DNA of 64,000 nucleotides, taken from the NCBI GenBank assembly GCA_013265495.1, contig MU058059.1, forward strand, positions 496,001 through 560,000, given 5' to 3'. Shown piece by piece: positions 38,526-51,574 of this stretch (positions within the stretch are counted from its first letter, which is position 1; each line of letters opens with the position of its first letter). The DNA is from Vicugna vicugna (Eukaryota). The position numbers and the translations under genes are program-made. The notes under the pieces were generated by a model that worked only from the letters and a program-made list of their open reading frames with translations, had not been told where the DNA came from and ran no database searches.

Positions 38526-39099
38526 AGTTTGGTTTAAACCAATTTGTTAAAATATATGCATATATGACTTTGATAAGAGTTGAGTATGTAAATTTTATAT
38601 ATATATATATAAAATCATATATATAAACCACCAGCCATAATTTAGGCAGATTGCTTCCACTTATCTCTAATGGCCCCTGATAATACCAATTCTATCTCCA
38701 AATGCTCACTAGGGAATGTTAAATTTCAAGTAATGATGCCTTTTTGAATACAGATATATCAAAAAATTCACCCCATCACAGAGCTCAGTCCTCACCACAT
38801 CCACATCAGAAAATCACCACGTATTTGAGTGGTTAGATGGAGAAACCACAGCTGTTACGCTTCATTTGGTTGAACATTTGCTAACCCCTCCAATTTTGAG
38901 GAGTCATGACCTTCACCAGTTCTATTCAACTTGGCTAAGCAGGGCAGTGGAGGAATCTAGAGGCCGCAATGCCCTTACAGGTGACGGTACACTTAGTCAA
39001 AATATGAAGCTTATATATCACATCTTTGATAACTGCATGGTCATTCAGCATCTTCCCAAACCTTTCATGTGATGGGAGCTCACCACCTCCCGAGCCATT

Positions 39100-39590
39100 C
39101 ATCCCCACACTCCATCTGTATCACCCCTCTTCTTGTACCATCCTCTATTCTTTACAGAGCAGTGTAAATTTTTAAAATTAAAAATTTGATTTTGGAACAC
39201 TTCGACTTTCAGCTGTTTCCCATTATCTTTAGGATGAAGTCCAAGCGCCTTACATCTTTACTCCTCTCTGAACTTCTCCACATGCTGTTCTGTTTCCCCT
39301 TCCTGCACTTAGATCAATCATCTTTAGTTGTTAACTTGATGCACTTCCTTTGGGAATCCTTCTCATCTGACTAGACTGGGTGAGACAGTCTGTTATATGT
39401 GTTCTAGTAACATCCTTGTACTTTCTCTAAGTGGTCCTCATCAAACTACGATGTTATCATCTGTTTGTTCCTCCAGCTGAATAGCCAACTGCATGAGGGA
39501 AGAGAATCACAGTAGGCAGGTTCATGGCTGCATCTTCAGTTCCCTGCACTGTGACTGGCTCTTGGAAGATTCTTAATGAATTCTTTTGTC
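39100..39590 (+). mobile_element. L2 3' region
   Basis: tcccattatctttaggatgaagtccaagc; cacttcctttgggaatccttctc; ctgcatgagggaagagaatc...ttcttaatgaatt. Confidence 0.75.
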
Positions 39591-41594
39591 CCCACTCAAA
39601 TTGCTAGAAATATTTTCTCTATATTTAACAAAAATCTGTTTCCCTCTGAGGCTACACAGAGTAATCCCTATTCAAAAAGGGTCCTTCACATATTTTAAAA
39701 GCATGATTATTCTCTATCTTTAAATCATCTACATTCTTTGCTAAATATTAATACCTTTAGGCTGTTTCACAATAGGTTTATCTGAGTTTGAGGGAACGCA
39801 ATAATACAATTTTGCCCACAAGACTTTGGGTAAATTAAAAGACACAAAAGTCACCTGGATGGAAATTTATCAAAGATGCAAGCTAAATGTAAGTGTGTAG
39901 TTTAAGTGTGAACACAATGGTTTTGCTACCACTTATGTCTGGTTCCTGTAAACCTGGGTATTGGAACAGTACAATCACAGATAACCTGATTTTGTAGAGC
40001 AGGTGCACATGCCCTTAACTACTGTCTTGAAATGCCCCAGGCTGGAGGGGTAACAGTGGCTTTCAGCACTTACACATGTATAGAGGATCAGCCCCACCAC
40101 CGATCGTGAATTAATGATTGTGACCCACTAGGCAAGTAGGTCATGGGGTAAGAAAACAGGAATGTCACTATATTACAAGCCTCTCCATATAGAAATATGA
40201 AGCAAGAGGAAAGGCATTTCTCCTCTAAAAGTGTAGTTAAACCAGGCTCTGCAATTCTATTTCATGTCATTAATTTGTGTAACTTTAATGGAAGAATTTC
40301 TATTTTATTAGTCAAATTTTACTATTTATTTCAGACCATAATTCCAGACTGTCGAATTTGCTGTTTATTGAAGCTCCACTGAATTGATTTACCACTCTCT
40401 CCAGCTTTGCATAAACTAAGACTTTGAGAAGTAGTTCTGTTTTCATCAAAGTCATGGGCTGTACTCTTTGACAGAATACATGATACAGAATCCTGACACA
40501 GGCCACCAGAGACCTCTGACCACCCTGAAATCCCAGAGAAGGATGCTGCACCTGGGTGTGCCACTACAGGGCCACTGCTCCCACAGCCGTGACACACCCT
40601 CGTGCTGCTTCATATGGCAGCCAAAGGCAGGAGCCACGTGCTGTTGTTTGAGGGCAAAAAAGCCAACAAACGTTTCCATGCCCTATCACTTCTTGGCCTT
40701 ATCTGTAGATCAATTTACTTGACTTTACTTCCAATTAATAGGCTGTTTACAGGTAGAGACATCCTCTTAGATGCAGGACTATGCAGGAAACAAAGCCCCA
40801 CTTAACACTCCTCACTTTCTTATTACATATCATTTCCTATAACCACAGTACTCTTTTATTCTTTTAAGAAAGTCTCCACTTAGCACTTTATGGTTATGGG
40901 TATATTACATTCTGAAGAGCCAAATCAGTCTATTTCCTCTTCTTCTTACAGATTTGTTAGTGAGGCAAGGAAATTATCACATGATTTACTCAAGGACCAT
41001 TGCACTTCACACATCTCCAGAGTGAGAGTGTGTCATTACAGCTGTGTCATCTGCAGTTTCCACATTATTGTTACTGAAAAAATTCCCAAACCTCTGTTTT
41101 TGAAAAACAAAATGAAATATTCTTACCAAAATTTGCCATTTAATACCAGGAATTTGGTGGGCACTTTTAAAACAGCATTATGTTTTAGTAAAATGAATCT
41201 ACATGAGCAGGAGCTCCTATTAGTTGTACTTTTATAAATAACATTCAGCTTTCTATTTTCATTAAAAGTTAATTCATGCATTTATTACAGATCTCAATTT
41301 TATACATATTGTGCCTTTAAAACTCATGGAGACCCACCACTCAGTTTTGTCATTTGAAGTATAAAAGGGAACTCTGTGTTATTTCAAAATCGCCTATTCT
41401 TCCCATGATCTTTTTCCTTTTAGATTTTTTAAAAAGCACTTACACCTACATTATAATATTCATGAGACACAACGGATCACATCCAGTCATCCAGAATGCC
41501 TTCCATGCTGAATATGTTTGTATAATACAAGTGAAAAACAGTCTCACTACACTGTCTAATTTCTCTAATTTGTTTTATCTAGTATTTCAGTGAA

Positions 41595-41720
41595 CAGGCA
41601 GGAGGGATGCCATTTCCTCCATTTCACAGGTCAGGAATCACAGCCTCAGAGAAATTACATTTCTGTGATGGGGAAACATAGCTTTGGCAGGACCAGAACC
41701 TGAGCCCTGGTCTGCCAAAA
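41595..41720 (-). mobile_element. MIR fragment
   Basis: ctccatttcacaggtcaggaatcacagcctcagagaaatt. Confidence 0.55.
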
Positions 41721-42069
41721 AGATAATGGATATTCATGCTAGAGATAATGGTCTTTCTTAAAATGACCTTCCATCACATTGAGGAGATTACGGTGGTCAT
41801 CCATCATATTGGAGATCGTAATTGTGACTTACAGCAGTTCTTGTTTAAGAAGTCCATGATGTCCAAATAACTTTGCCTGATAATTTTAATGTGCCAGACC
41901 TCGCGGACATTTTTGTGTTTCCAGGGTGGTAACCATTTCAATCAAACAGATGCTAAGATATGTGGCAGGTGTTGAAGAGAACACTCGCCATGTTCCTGAA
42001 AAATAGCTGTCTGTCTGTATGTGTGTGTGTTTGTATGAGCATATCTGTGATAAAGCTAAAAGCACACAG

Positions 42070-42290
42070 GACCGAGCAGAGAAGACCTGGTTCTTGCCCA
42101 GCTCAGTCACATCCTGCTCAAGTGACCTCAGCCAAGTCACTCCAAATCCTCCACTCAGGTTCTCCTCAGTGTGGTGTGCAAATAACAAACCCTACCCCCG
42201 GAGCTGAGAAGGGGGTCGTATATGAAAACACCCCTGAGAGGTTTTGCAAACTATAAAGTGCTGTACAAATGTTCAGCATCGTTATCTTTA
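42070..42290 (+). mobile_element. MIR SINE
   Basis: agaagacctggttcttgcccagctc...gtgacctcagccaagtcact...ctcaggttctcc; tttgcaaactataaagtgctgtacaaatgtt. Confidence 0.8.
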
Positions 42291-43058
42291 GTCCTAAGTC
42301 ATTTTCAGTCTGGAAAAGAATATAATATGAGTTAACTTTGCTTCTCCAAAAAAGCCAACAGACATTTTTTTAAAAATGGTCCCTGTTGAACAAGTAAGTA
42401 GGCTACAGCTAAGGATTTAAAATTCAGCCTCTCAATTGTTTGTTTACACTTTGTACCAATGTTCTGGAGATAAAGAAGAAATTGTTCTGTTCTCTGGCTG
42501 TGAGCACGACACCCCGCACAGGCTACTGTATTACCGAAAACAAGACCTAATCTGCTCACTGTGCAAGGATGCTTCTACTCAGGTGGTTTAGTAAAAGCAG
42601 TATTTCTAGAAAGTGAAAATGTTATCTTGTTGATCTGCCTGAGACCCAGAGCCTAACAGTTCAGAGACGCAGAAAGAAAAAACTGTCTCGCCCCTGACTG
42701 CCCTCCACAGACCCTCGGACTGGGCTGAGTACCTGCAGGGGCAGAGAAGGGAGGGCGGCCGACCCGGCCGGCCTCTCAGTCATCTCTCAGCGCTTACTGG
42801 TGCCACCAGAGCCCGCAATGCCCTCCAGGGGAGCCCTGCTCACCCTTTCAAGTTCTAGCTCTGGTCTGTTGAAGAGGCTGTACCCCATGTGGCCTGGCCT
42901 CTGAGCGGTGCTGTGATCACAGAAACTCCTCCCAAAAGGAAATCTTTCACTTGTTTTGCATCAATGCCTTTCAGACCCCTCATCCACGGACAGATGCCTC
43001 TCACCTGCTCCAGACCACCTGCCAGTGGGTCATCTTCCCACATGATTCAGGAACGTGT

Positions 43059-43061
<3 letters not shown>

Positions 43062-43097
<36 letters not shown>
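43062..43097. repeat. (CA)n microsatellite followed by a CT-rich run
   Basis: Seen directly. Confidence 0.95.
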
Positions 43098-43099
<2 letters not shown>

Positions 43100-43635
43100 C
43101 CTCTCTCTCTTTCTCTCCATCTGTCTGGCAGGGCGGCTCCATCACTGAAATGAAAGGAAGGGAGACACCAGGGACCCAGTCAGAGTCCTCTTTGGTGGTA
43201 GGAAGAAACTAACCCTTGTCACTGTCTGCAGTTACCTCCAGAATAGCTGAGATAAAATGAGTTTAATATCGAAAGGACTATGGAAATAAACAAATAGTCC
43301 ATAAGGAATCAGCTTCCTCCCCGACTCACGCACTACATCACATGCGAAGGCCGGGAAGACAGCCTCACTCTGGGTCCAGACTCTGGGCAGGCAGCCTCAG
43401 CGCACCATCCAAATTCCTTAATATTCTGTTTCACTTATAACTCCAGACTCCCAGAGGCTAGTTTTCACCTGACCCTAACTCTTGCTTTTGACTTCAGAAA
43501 GTACAATCATCTCTTTTTTTTTTTAATGGTCACAGTGACTTCCCTTCTTGGAATAAAGAGAAAGATATGAGATCTTCATAGGGCATAGATTATTCAAGTC
43601 ATTTCCTTCTAAGGAAATTTAACTGTGATTTGGTG

Positions 43636-43830
43636 CAGTGATTTTTCAACTTCATCATGCTTTTGGAATCACCTCTTGAATTATCAGGAAGTACCTGATA
43701 AAATGCAGACTCATGGATCCACCACACAAAGATTCTGAATCAGTTTTACATGGAATTCTATAATGTGCATTTTGGACCCATGCCACTGTTTTCTTCTCAG
43801 TGGTCCACGACCCATAATTTAAGGACCAAT
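43636..43830. mobile_element. MER5A/B-like hAT element
   Basis: cagtgatttttcaac...tggaatcacct...aaaatgcagactcatggatccacc...agattctgaatcag...gtgcattt. Confidence 0.7.
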
Positions 43831-43854
43831 GATATACTGGAGAAGGCAAGAGCT

Positions 43855-43970
43855 TCTGAAGCAGGGAAGACGGTGAGTAAATCCCAGCTTTGTCTATTAC
43901 CAGCTTTGTCACATACAATGGATTTTCTAACTTTCTGAGCATCAGTTTATAATATTGTTAAATGCAGTAA
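43855..43970 (+). mobile_element. MIR fragment
   Basis: aaatcccagctttgtc...ctaactttctgagcatcagttt. Confidence 0.65.
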
Positions 43971-43974
43971 CAAA

Positions 43975-46030
43975 CAAGCAGAAAGGTACATAAAGCACAA
44001 ATTCCCAGATTGACAAACGGCGATAAAACAATAATCTCTGAGACATCCTCTGGGTCAAGACGTAAAACACAACCAGCTCCCTGCTGCTGACCCTCCCCAA
44101 TCATCACCCCTCCTACCCTCTGGCAACAACCACGATTTTGGACTTTAAGGGATTCCTTTCCTTGATTTTGTTCACAATTTTATTACCGAAGTCTCTCTAA
44201 TATATTCAGTTTATTTTCACCCTCTTTTCAAAGTTTATACAAATAGTAAAATGTACTATTTATTCCACCTGTGCCTGTCTTCACTTACGCAATGTTTTGT
44301 CTTTAACATTCACCCATGCAGTTGTGTATTTCTGTAGTTCATTTCCAAAGCTGTATAATGTCCCACAGTGTGAATACACCACACTGTGTTTACCTATTAC
44401 TGATGGCCGTTTGACTGTTTCCTGTTTGGACCTGTCTTGAACACTTCTATCCTGTGTACTCTTCTGCATGTATCTGGGGATATTATAAGCATACAGTATT
44501 GTAGACTGAACATCCAGGAACAGAAAAGGGTGTGTGTGTATCTTCAGCTGGAGTCAATACTGCCAAATTTTGTTCCAAGCAGTTTTATAAACCTCTGTTC
44601 CCATCTGCTGTGTGTAACAATTCTGATTACTTCACATCCTCACCAACGTTGGCTACTGTCAAACATTTTAATTTTTGCTAATCTGGTGGACTCATACTGA
44701 TATCACTGTAATTTTAATTTATATTTCCCCCAAATTAATGAGGTTGGGGACATTTTTGGTCCTACTGATACTCTCTTTTGGGAAGCACCTGCTCACATCT
44801 CATGCCATTTTTATCAGATGCTTTTTTGGAATTGGTTTTGCAAGCATTTACACATTTTAAGCATAAGCTCTTGGTTGGTGATGTGTCAAAAATATATTTT
44901 CACAATGTGGCTTTCCTTTACCCTCTCTTCAGGCTATCTTTCAACAATTTCAAAAAATTCCATGTAGTCAAGATTTATCCATTTTTTATCTTACTGATAG
45001 ATGCCTCCTGGGTCTTGTTTTTAAAAAATGTTTTCTATTTGGAGATTGTGAGGATATTCTATGTTATGATTAAAATGAATTGATTTTGACGTGCATGAAA
45101 TGAGGTAGAGGTATATTTCTTTCCCTTTTTTCCAGTATGAATGTTCCAGCCTCATTTCTTCAAAAGACCACCTGGCTCTTCCTGCTCTGCACCATTGCCT
45201 CTGCTATAAATCAGGCACTCCTAGACACCTCAGTCTGTTTTTATTCTGCTGCACTTGGTTTTTCTGTCTGAGACAGGAGCACACTCTCATTTCCATAGTT
45301 TTAGGCTAAATCTTGACTTTCAAGACAGCAGGTCCTCTCCCCTCAGCTCTTCCAAAGTGTCTGTGATTTTCTCTCCACTGTATTTTCCTATCAATTTTTA
45401 GAATCAGCTTTTCAAGTTCCACCAAAAAGAAAAGAAACCTGTTTCTGTATTTTTAAGGTATTCAGATTTTGGGGGGATTGCACTGTATCTATAAATCAAC
45501 TGAGGAAGAAATGACAATTTTATAATATTGAGCTCTGTGACTGTGACCATGATTTATATCTCTCCCTACCTCTGCATTGCTTCAGATTTTTCTTTTATTA
45601 CAATTTTATAGTTTTCTCTGAGTCTTGCATATCTCTTGGGAGCTATATTCCTAAGTATTTAATAATTCATCTCTAGATTCTTTTGCATTCTAGGTATATA
45701 CAATCACAATAACATAATAAATTTTAACTTCTTCTTTCAATTCTTAAAACTCCATTACTGTATCCTGTCTTACTTCCTTAGCCAAGACCTCCAGAACAAT
45801 GATGAACAAAACGTAATAACCTTTAATAAAAAAGAATATGGAAATGAATATATGTATGTATATGCATGACTGGGACATTGTGCTGTACACCAGAAATTGA
45901 CACAATGCAACTGACTGTACTTGAATTTTTTAAAAATAGACATAGCAGGCATCTTTGTTTTTCAGTCAACCTCAAGGGAAAACGTTTTATGTCTCCGATT
46001 AAAATATATATTGTAGATTTTGTAGATACA
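43975..46030 (-). mobile_element. L1ME fragment (~2 kb), with a young L1 tail nested
   Basis: cacatcctcaccaacgttggctactgtc; tttagaatcagcttttcaagttccac; aagacctccagaacaatg. Confidence 0.85.
45812..45936 (+). mobile_element. Short young L1 3' tail
   Basis: aaaagaatatggaaatgaatatatgtatgtatatgcatgactgggacattgtgctgtacaccagaaattgacac. TSD not clear. Confidence 0.85.
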
Positions 46031-46069
46031 GTGAAAAATAGGCAAAAATTATTAAACAAGAAGGTTATC

Positions 46070-46800
46070 CATAAATCCTGTCAATCTCTCACATCGTACA
46101 TATCTTATCGACCAGCACCTCTTACCACATCCAGGTACAAGTATCAGGTACCAAATAATCCAATAACCCATCTTGCGTGGGTTATTTCCAAAGGCTCCCG
46201 AGTGCTCTCCCTGATCCTACTCGTCCCTGTCTTCTCCTCACAACCCTCAGATGTCACTTTACATACTCTTGCTCTGCTTATCCCCATCAGTGAGTTCCTA
46301 TCCCACTCCTAGAAAGCCAAGCCCTCCCACTGCCCAGGCTCCCAGTCTGGGTCTGCCACACTCTGGTCTCAACTCCCACTCTCTTCCCCATGATGGTGCA
46401 GCCACTCCGCCTCCTCCACGCCCCTCCCTGAACACTCCGGACTGCGCATGCCTGAGGACCTTGGTCTGAAAGTCTTCCTCACATCCGGTATCCCTGCAGT
46501 TCAGCTCCTTGTCTCCTTTAGGCATCAGCACAAATGTTACCTGGAGACTGAAGCCAAAGATGTCACTTTGACAGTGAGACCTAGTCATTTGTACTCCCCT
46601 TTTTTGGCGGGGGGCATATTTTTATCCATAGACCTTATCACTAAATTTTATTTATATACTCATTTTCAATTTGTAGTTTCCCTTCACTGTAAGGTAAACC
46701 TATGACAGCAAGGAGTTGGTCCTTTTTTTTTTTTTTTGTCCACTGATATAGCCACAGCACCCAGAACAGTGCCTGACAGAGAATTCACTTAAATCGTTTC
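46070..46800 (+). mobile_element. L2 3' region
   Basis: cactgtaaggtaaacctatgacagcaagga...ccacagcacccagaacagtgcctgaca. Confidence 0.8.
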
Positions 46801-47498
46801 TCAAAATTTTAGATCTCTGGGTATTAATTAAGTACACAGAAAACTCTATCTGTTATATTCTCAAATTTCACAATTTTTTTCTTTTTGTATTAGAGTTTTG
46901 TTCCTAAGGGACTTGGAAACTAGAAAAAAAAAGTCTTTTTTTTTATTTAAACAACAAAAAGGGTCAGTTTAAAATGTGACACATAAACCTTAAGTAATGA
47001 AACATGTCTTTGGAGGCAGGGCACCCAAACGCCCAGTGTACAGCCTCTGCCTGTGACACTTGCTTTCTGAACAGACTTTGCTTCTTAGCCACTCTTCTAA
47101 CGAAGATACCAGACATCAGAACAACTCCATGCCCCTCTCCCCCAAGACATAATCCATTAATTAAATCGATAATAAAACTTCAGTTTGCCATTTTCAATTA
47201 TTATCACCTTGTGCAAGGTTACTGAGAAAATGGACATGTTAAATTTCACTCTTCACTACCTAATTTTTTGGACATTTCCTCCACAAGTTTACAGTGTCAA
47301 ACCCGTAAGATCCACCCCAGGTTAAAGGTGTTCTACAAAACACAGTAAAAGGGACGGCTTAGATGATGGTACTAATAATCTGTTTTGACTGAGGGCTCAT
47401 TCTACTAAAAACCACTAATAGACTTGACTACCAGAATGTTGTCATGTACTTAACGGGCTCTAAGTAAATATGTGTTGAATTAATAAATGAAAGAATCT

Positions 47499-48002
47499 AA
47501 AATAATAAAATAATGTCATTTACAGCAACATGGATGGACCTGGAGATCATCATTCTAAGTGAAGTAAGCCAGAAAGAGAAATACCATATGATACCACTTA
47601 ATATGTGATATCACTTACATGTGGAATCTTAAAAAAAGAGAAAAAAAAGACAAATTAACTTATTTACAATACAGAAAAAGACTCACAAACATAGAAAACA
47701 AACTTATGGTTACCAGAAGGGGAAAGGAGCAGGAAGGGATAAATTGTGAGTTCAAGATTTGCAGATACTAACTAACATATATAAGACAGATAAACAACAT
47801 TTCTACTGCATAGAAGAGAGAACTATATTCAATATCTTGTAGTAACTTATAGTGAAAAAGAATATGAATATGAATATATGTATGTTCATGTATGACTGAA
47901 GCACTATGCTGTACACCAGAAATTAACATATTGTAAATTGACCATACGTCAATAAATATATATACCAAAAAAATGAAAAAAACAGTTTTCAATAAAAAAA
48001 AT
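47499..48002 (+). mobile_element. Young L1 3' end (~500 bp)
   Basis: acagcaacatggatggacctggagatcatcattctaagtgaagtaagccaga (ORF2 end). Perfect 11-bp TSD tgaaagaatct at 47488-47498 and 48003-48013. Confidence 0.93.
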
Positions 48003-48237
48003 TGAAAGAATCTCTTGTAACCTTTTGCCATTAAGTTAATAAAATTTAGAGAGACCAGAAAAACAGGTCTCTTACTTAGTGAGGAAATTCTTATCATCAG
48101 TAAAATAACAGAAAAGCTGGAAGTAGAAGACAAAAAATTCGGATATCTTGTAACTATTATCTATTTTTCTTTCATATTATAGTGATGTTTGTGGTGGCAA
48201 ATTAGAGGAAAATCTTATTATTTAGCTTATTTTTAAC

Positions 48238-48424
48238 AGTGTATCCAAATGATGGCCCCTGAGCTAAGAACAGCTTTAACCTTTTTTAAGTTGTGTAAGA
48301 AAAGGAGGAAAAGTAGGCAGAAAAAGCAGCAGCAGTGGGAGCATCATCAAAGAGACCGCACGTGTCTGCAAAGCCTAAAATATTTGAGATATGACCCTTT
48401 GCAGAAGAAATTTGCCAACTTTTG
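48238..48424. mobile_element. MER58-type hAT MITE
   Basis: ctgcaaagcctaaaatattt...gaccctttgcagaagaaatttgccaac; gagctaagaa. Confidence 0.8.
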
Positions 48425-48530
48425 ATCTAGGGAATTGTGTACTACACAATCATCAAACATGACAGTATAGACATACACATTTCAAATGAAATAATGTTAC
48501 TGTGCATTAAGCTTAAAAAGCAAATTAAAG

Positions 48531-51500
48531 GATTCTGGGAAGATGCCCAGTAGGAAGACCAGGAATCTGTCTCCCCACCATGACAACAAGTGCACTGGCA
48601 GAATCTGCCTGATGTAACTCTTCTGGAACTCTGGCCTCTATTAAGGCTTGTAACTTTCAGGACAGGCTAGGACGGTGAACTGTTGCTGTTAATTTGGGTC
48701 ACTTTCAGCTTTTTAGTACAGTAGCGGCTACTCATCTCCCACCCCAGCCGAATGGCAGGCAGCTGTGCACATGTTCCAAGACTCCTGCTCACAGCTTGCA
48801 GGACCTAGGACGGGCAAAACGGATGGGGTAGTGTCTCCCAAATATCAAGGATCTGTAGTCTGATGATCGCATGCTGCCTCTACTCACAGGGCTGCAGACA
48901 CAGAGGCAGGTGGCCACTGTTGCTGTACCTCTCCCGATTGTACAAGCCCCTCCCCAAGAGGCTGAAATGACTTCCAGTGTAAAGGGCCAGCAATCTTCCC
49001 AACGGCTGAACGCTTCCCAAATTTAAAGAAACATATCAATATAAACATCCAAGAAGCTCAATGAACCCCAAGCAAGATGAACTCAAACAGACCCACACCA
49101 AGACACATTATAACGGAAATTTTGAAAGCCAAAAACTGAGAGAATGTTGATAGCAGCAAGAGGAAAGCTACTTGTCACATATAAGGGACCCTCAACAAGA
49201 TTATCAGCAGATTCTCATCAGAAACTTTGAAGACCAGTAGGCAGTGGGATGATATATTCAAAGTACTAAAAGAAAAAAATTGCCAACCAAGAATCCTCTA
49301 TCTGGTTGTCCTGAAAAGTGAGGAAAAAATTAAGACATTTCTAGATAAACAAAAGCTGAGGGAGTTCATCAGCACTAGGCCTGCCCTGCAAGAAGTGTGC
49401 AAGGGAGTCCAGCCGGGTAAAATAAAAGGACACTCAGACAGCAGCTGTCATATGAAGAAAGAAAAATCTTGATAAATGCATGGGTAATTATAAAAGCTAG
49501 TATTATTCTAACCATGTTTTGCCAACTCCACTTTTTGCTTTATACATATTACAGACTAACATTTTAAAAAAACTGTATTAGTCAAAAAACTAGTCATACT
49601 GTAACTCTGGTTAGTAACTTTCACATTTTGCTTTATACATAATTTCAAAGATTATATATTAAGAGAATGATTTGTTTAAATTTTGGGGCACACAATGTAT
49701 AAAGATGTAATTTTGTGACATCAACAACTGAAAGGGGTGGGGATGAAGATATCAAAGGAACAGAGTTTTTGTATGTTGTTGAAGTTCAGCTGGTAAATTA
49801 AAATTATAGTGTTATAATTGTAAGATGGTAAATGTAATCCCCACAGTAACCATAAAGAAAACAGCCACAAATACAGGCATATCTCATTTCATTGTGCTTC
49901 ACCATATTGAGCTCCACAGATACTGCTTTTTCTTTTCTTTTCTTTTTTTTTAAACAAATTGAAGGTGTGTGGTAACCCAGCATTGAGAAACTATCTGCAC
50001 CATTTTTTCTAACAGCACTTGCTCACTTAAAATCTCTGTGTCACACTTTGGTAATTCTTTCAGTATTTCAAACCCTCCACCTGCAAAAAGATTACGACTC
50101 ACTAAGTCTCAACTGGTGGTTAGTATTTTTTAGCAATAACGTACTTGTCAATTATGGTCTGTACATTGTTTTTAGATATAATGCTATAAAACACATGTAA
50201 TAGACTACAGTATAGTGTAAATGTAACTTTTATATGAACTGGGAAGTCAAAAATTTTGTGTGACTCACTATTGAAATATTTGCTTTATTGTGTATTTGTT
50301 TTTATATAAAAGGAAATGAGAAGGATATTTAAATGCTTCACTACAAAAATAAGTGAAACAGAGAAGAAAATAGTAATGCAGGAAAAGAGGGCCAAAATCC
50401 ACAAAAGAATACAGAAAACAAACAGCAAAATGACTGACATCCTCATCGGCAATTACTTTAAATGTAAATGAATTAAACTCTTCAATCAAAAGACAAAGAC
50501 TGACAGCATGGATAAAAGCACATGATCCAACTGTCTGCTGTCTACAAGACCCTCACTGTAGAGCCAAACACACAAAAAGATTCAAAGCAAAAAGATGAGA
50601 AAAGATATTCCCTGCAAATGGTAATCAAAAAAGAGCACGAATGGCTATCTTAAAATCAGACAAAGTATACTTTAAATCAAAAAAAGTTTACAAGAGACAA
50701 GGACACATTATATGTTAATGAAAGTTTTAATACAGTAAGATACAACAATTGTAATTATTTGCACATCTAATAACAGACCATCAAAATACATGGAGCAAAA
50801 CTGAACAGAACTGAAGGGAAGAACAGACAGTCTAAAGTAATAATTGAGATTCAAATATCTCACTCTCAATAATTGATAGAACCAAACAGAAGTAAAAAAA
50901 TTGAGGACTTAACACGTTAAACCATCTTGATCTATTAAGACATACACAGAGCATTCTACCTAACAATATCAACATACACATTCTCCTGAAGTGTACATGG
51001 GACATTTTCTAAAATAAACTATATGTTAGGACAGAAATTAAGTCTCAGCAGGATTTAGTCAGAAAGATGTCACCCAAGTATCTTCCCCAACCAGTACAGC
51101 ATGAAGCCAGAAATCAGTCACAGAAGTGAAACTGAAGATATTTCACAAATCTGTGGAAATTAAAAGTACACTTTTAAACAACCAGAGGATCACAGAAAAA
51201 ATGACAAAAAGGAAATTTTAAAAAATACTTAGAGACAAAGGGGAGTTAAAATACAACATACCAAAACTTGCGGGACACAATGAATGGGATGCTAAGGGAA
51301 ATTTAGAGCTAAAAATGCTTACATTAAAAAACAAGAAAGACCTGAAATAAACAACTTCACAATTTAAAGAACAAGAAAAAGAACAAACTAAACCCAAAGG
51401 CAGCAGAAAGAAGGAAATAATAAAGGTTAGAGCAGACATAAACAAAACAGAAATTAACAGCAGCAAACAATAACTGATAAACCTTTAGCTAGATGGATTG

Positions 51501-51570
51501 AGAAAAAAAGAAGACTCAAACTATTAAAACTGGAAAAAGTGCAGACATCGCTACCACAGAAAAACAGTAA
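48531..51570 (+). mobile_element. L1M 5' half: 5'UTR, ORF1 C-terminal part, spacer and ORF2 endonuclease; disabled
   Basis: ttctgggaagatg 5' start. ORF 49227..49472 RQWDDIFKVLKEKNCQPRILY...IKTFLDKQKLREFISTRPALQE matches L1 ORF1. attactttaaatgtaaatg / tgctgtctacaagac are endonuclease motifs. Confidence 0.93.
49874..50292 (+). mobile_element. Tigger1 internal-deletion derivative nested in L1
   Basis: TA|CAGGCATA left TIR; acaaattgaaggt; junction atttcaaac|cctccacc to the 3' part (taatagactacagtatagtgtaaa). Right TIR missing. Confidence 0.9.
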
Positions 51571-51574
51571 ACAC

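Noticed and set aside
40952..41021. Plus-strand exon candidate after tcttcttcttacag
   Set aside because: Mediocre donor (AGA|gtgaga), unrecognised peptides and no partner exons.
42798..42850. Collagen-like KGEQGSPG on the minus strand
   Set aside because: Preceded by an in-frame stop, the Gly-X-Y register breaks after three Gly, there is no pyrimidine tract, and the length is not 45 or 54 nt.
45866..46312. Longest ORF (148 aa)
   Set aside because: It runs across a young L1 tail, an antisense L1ME and an L2, so it is a chance read-through.
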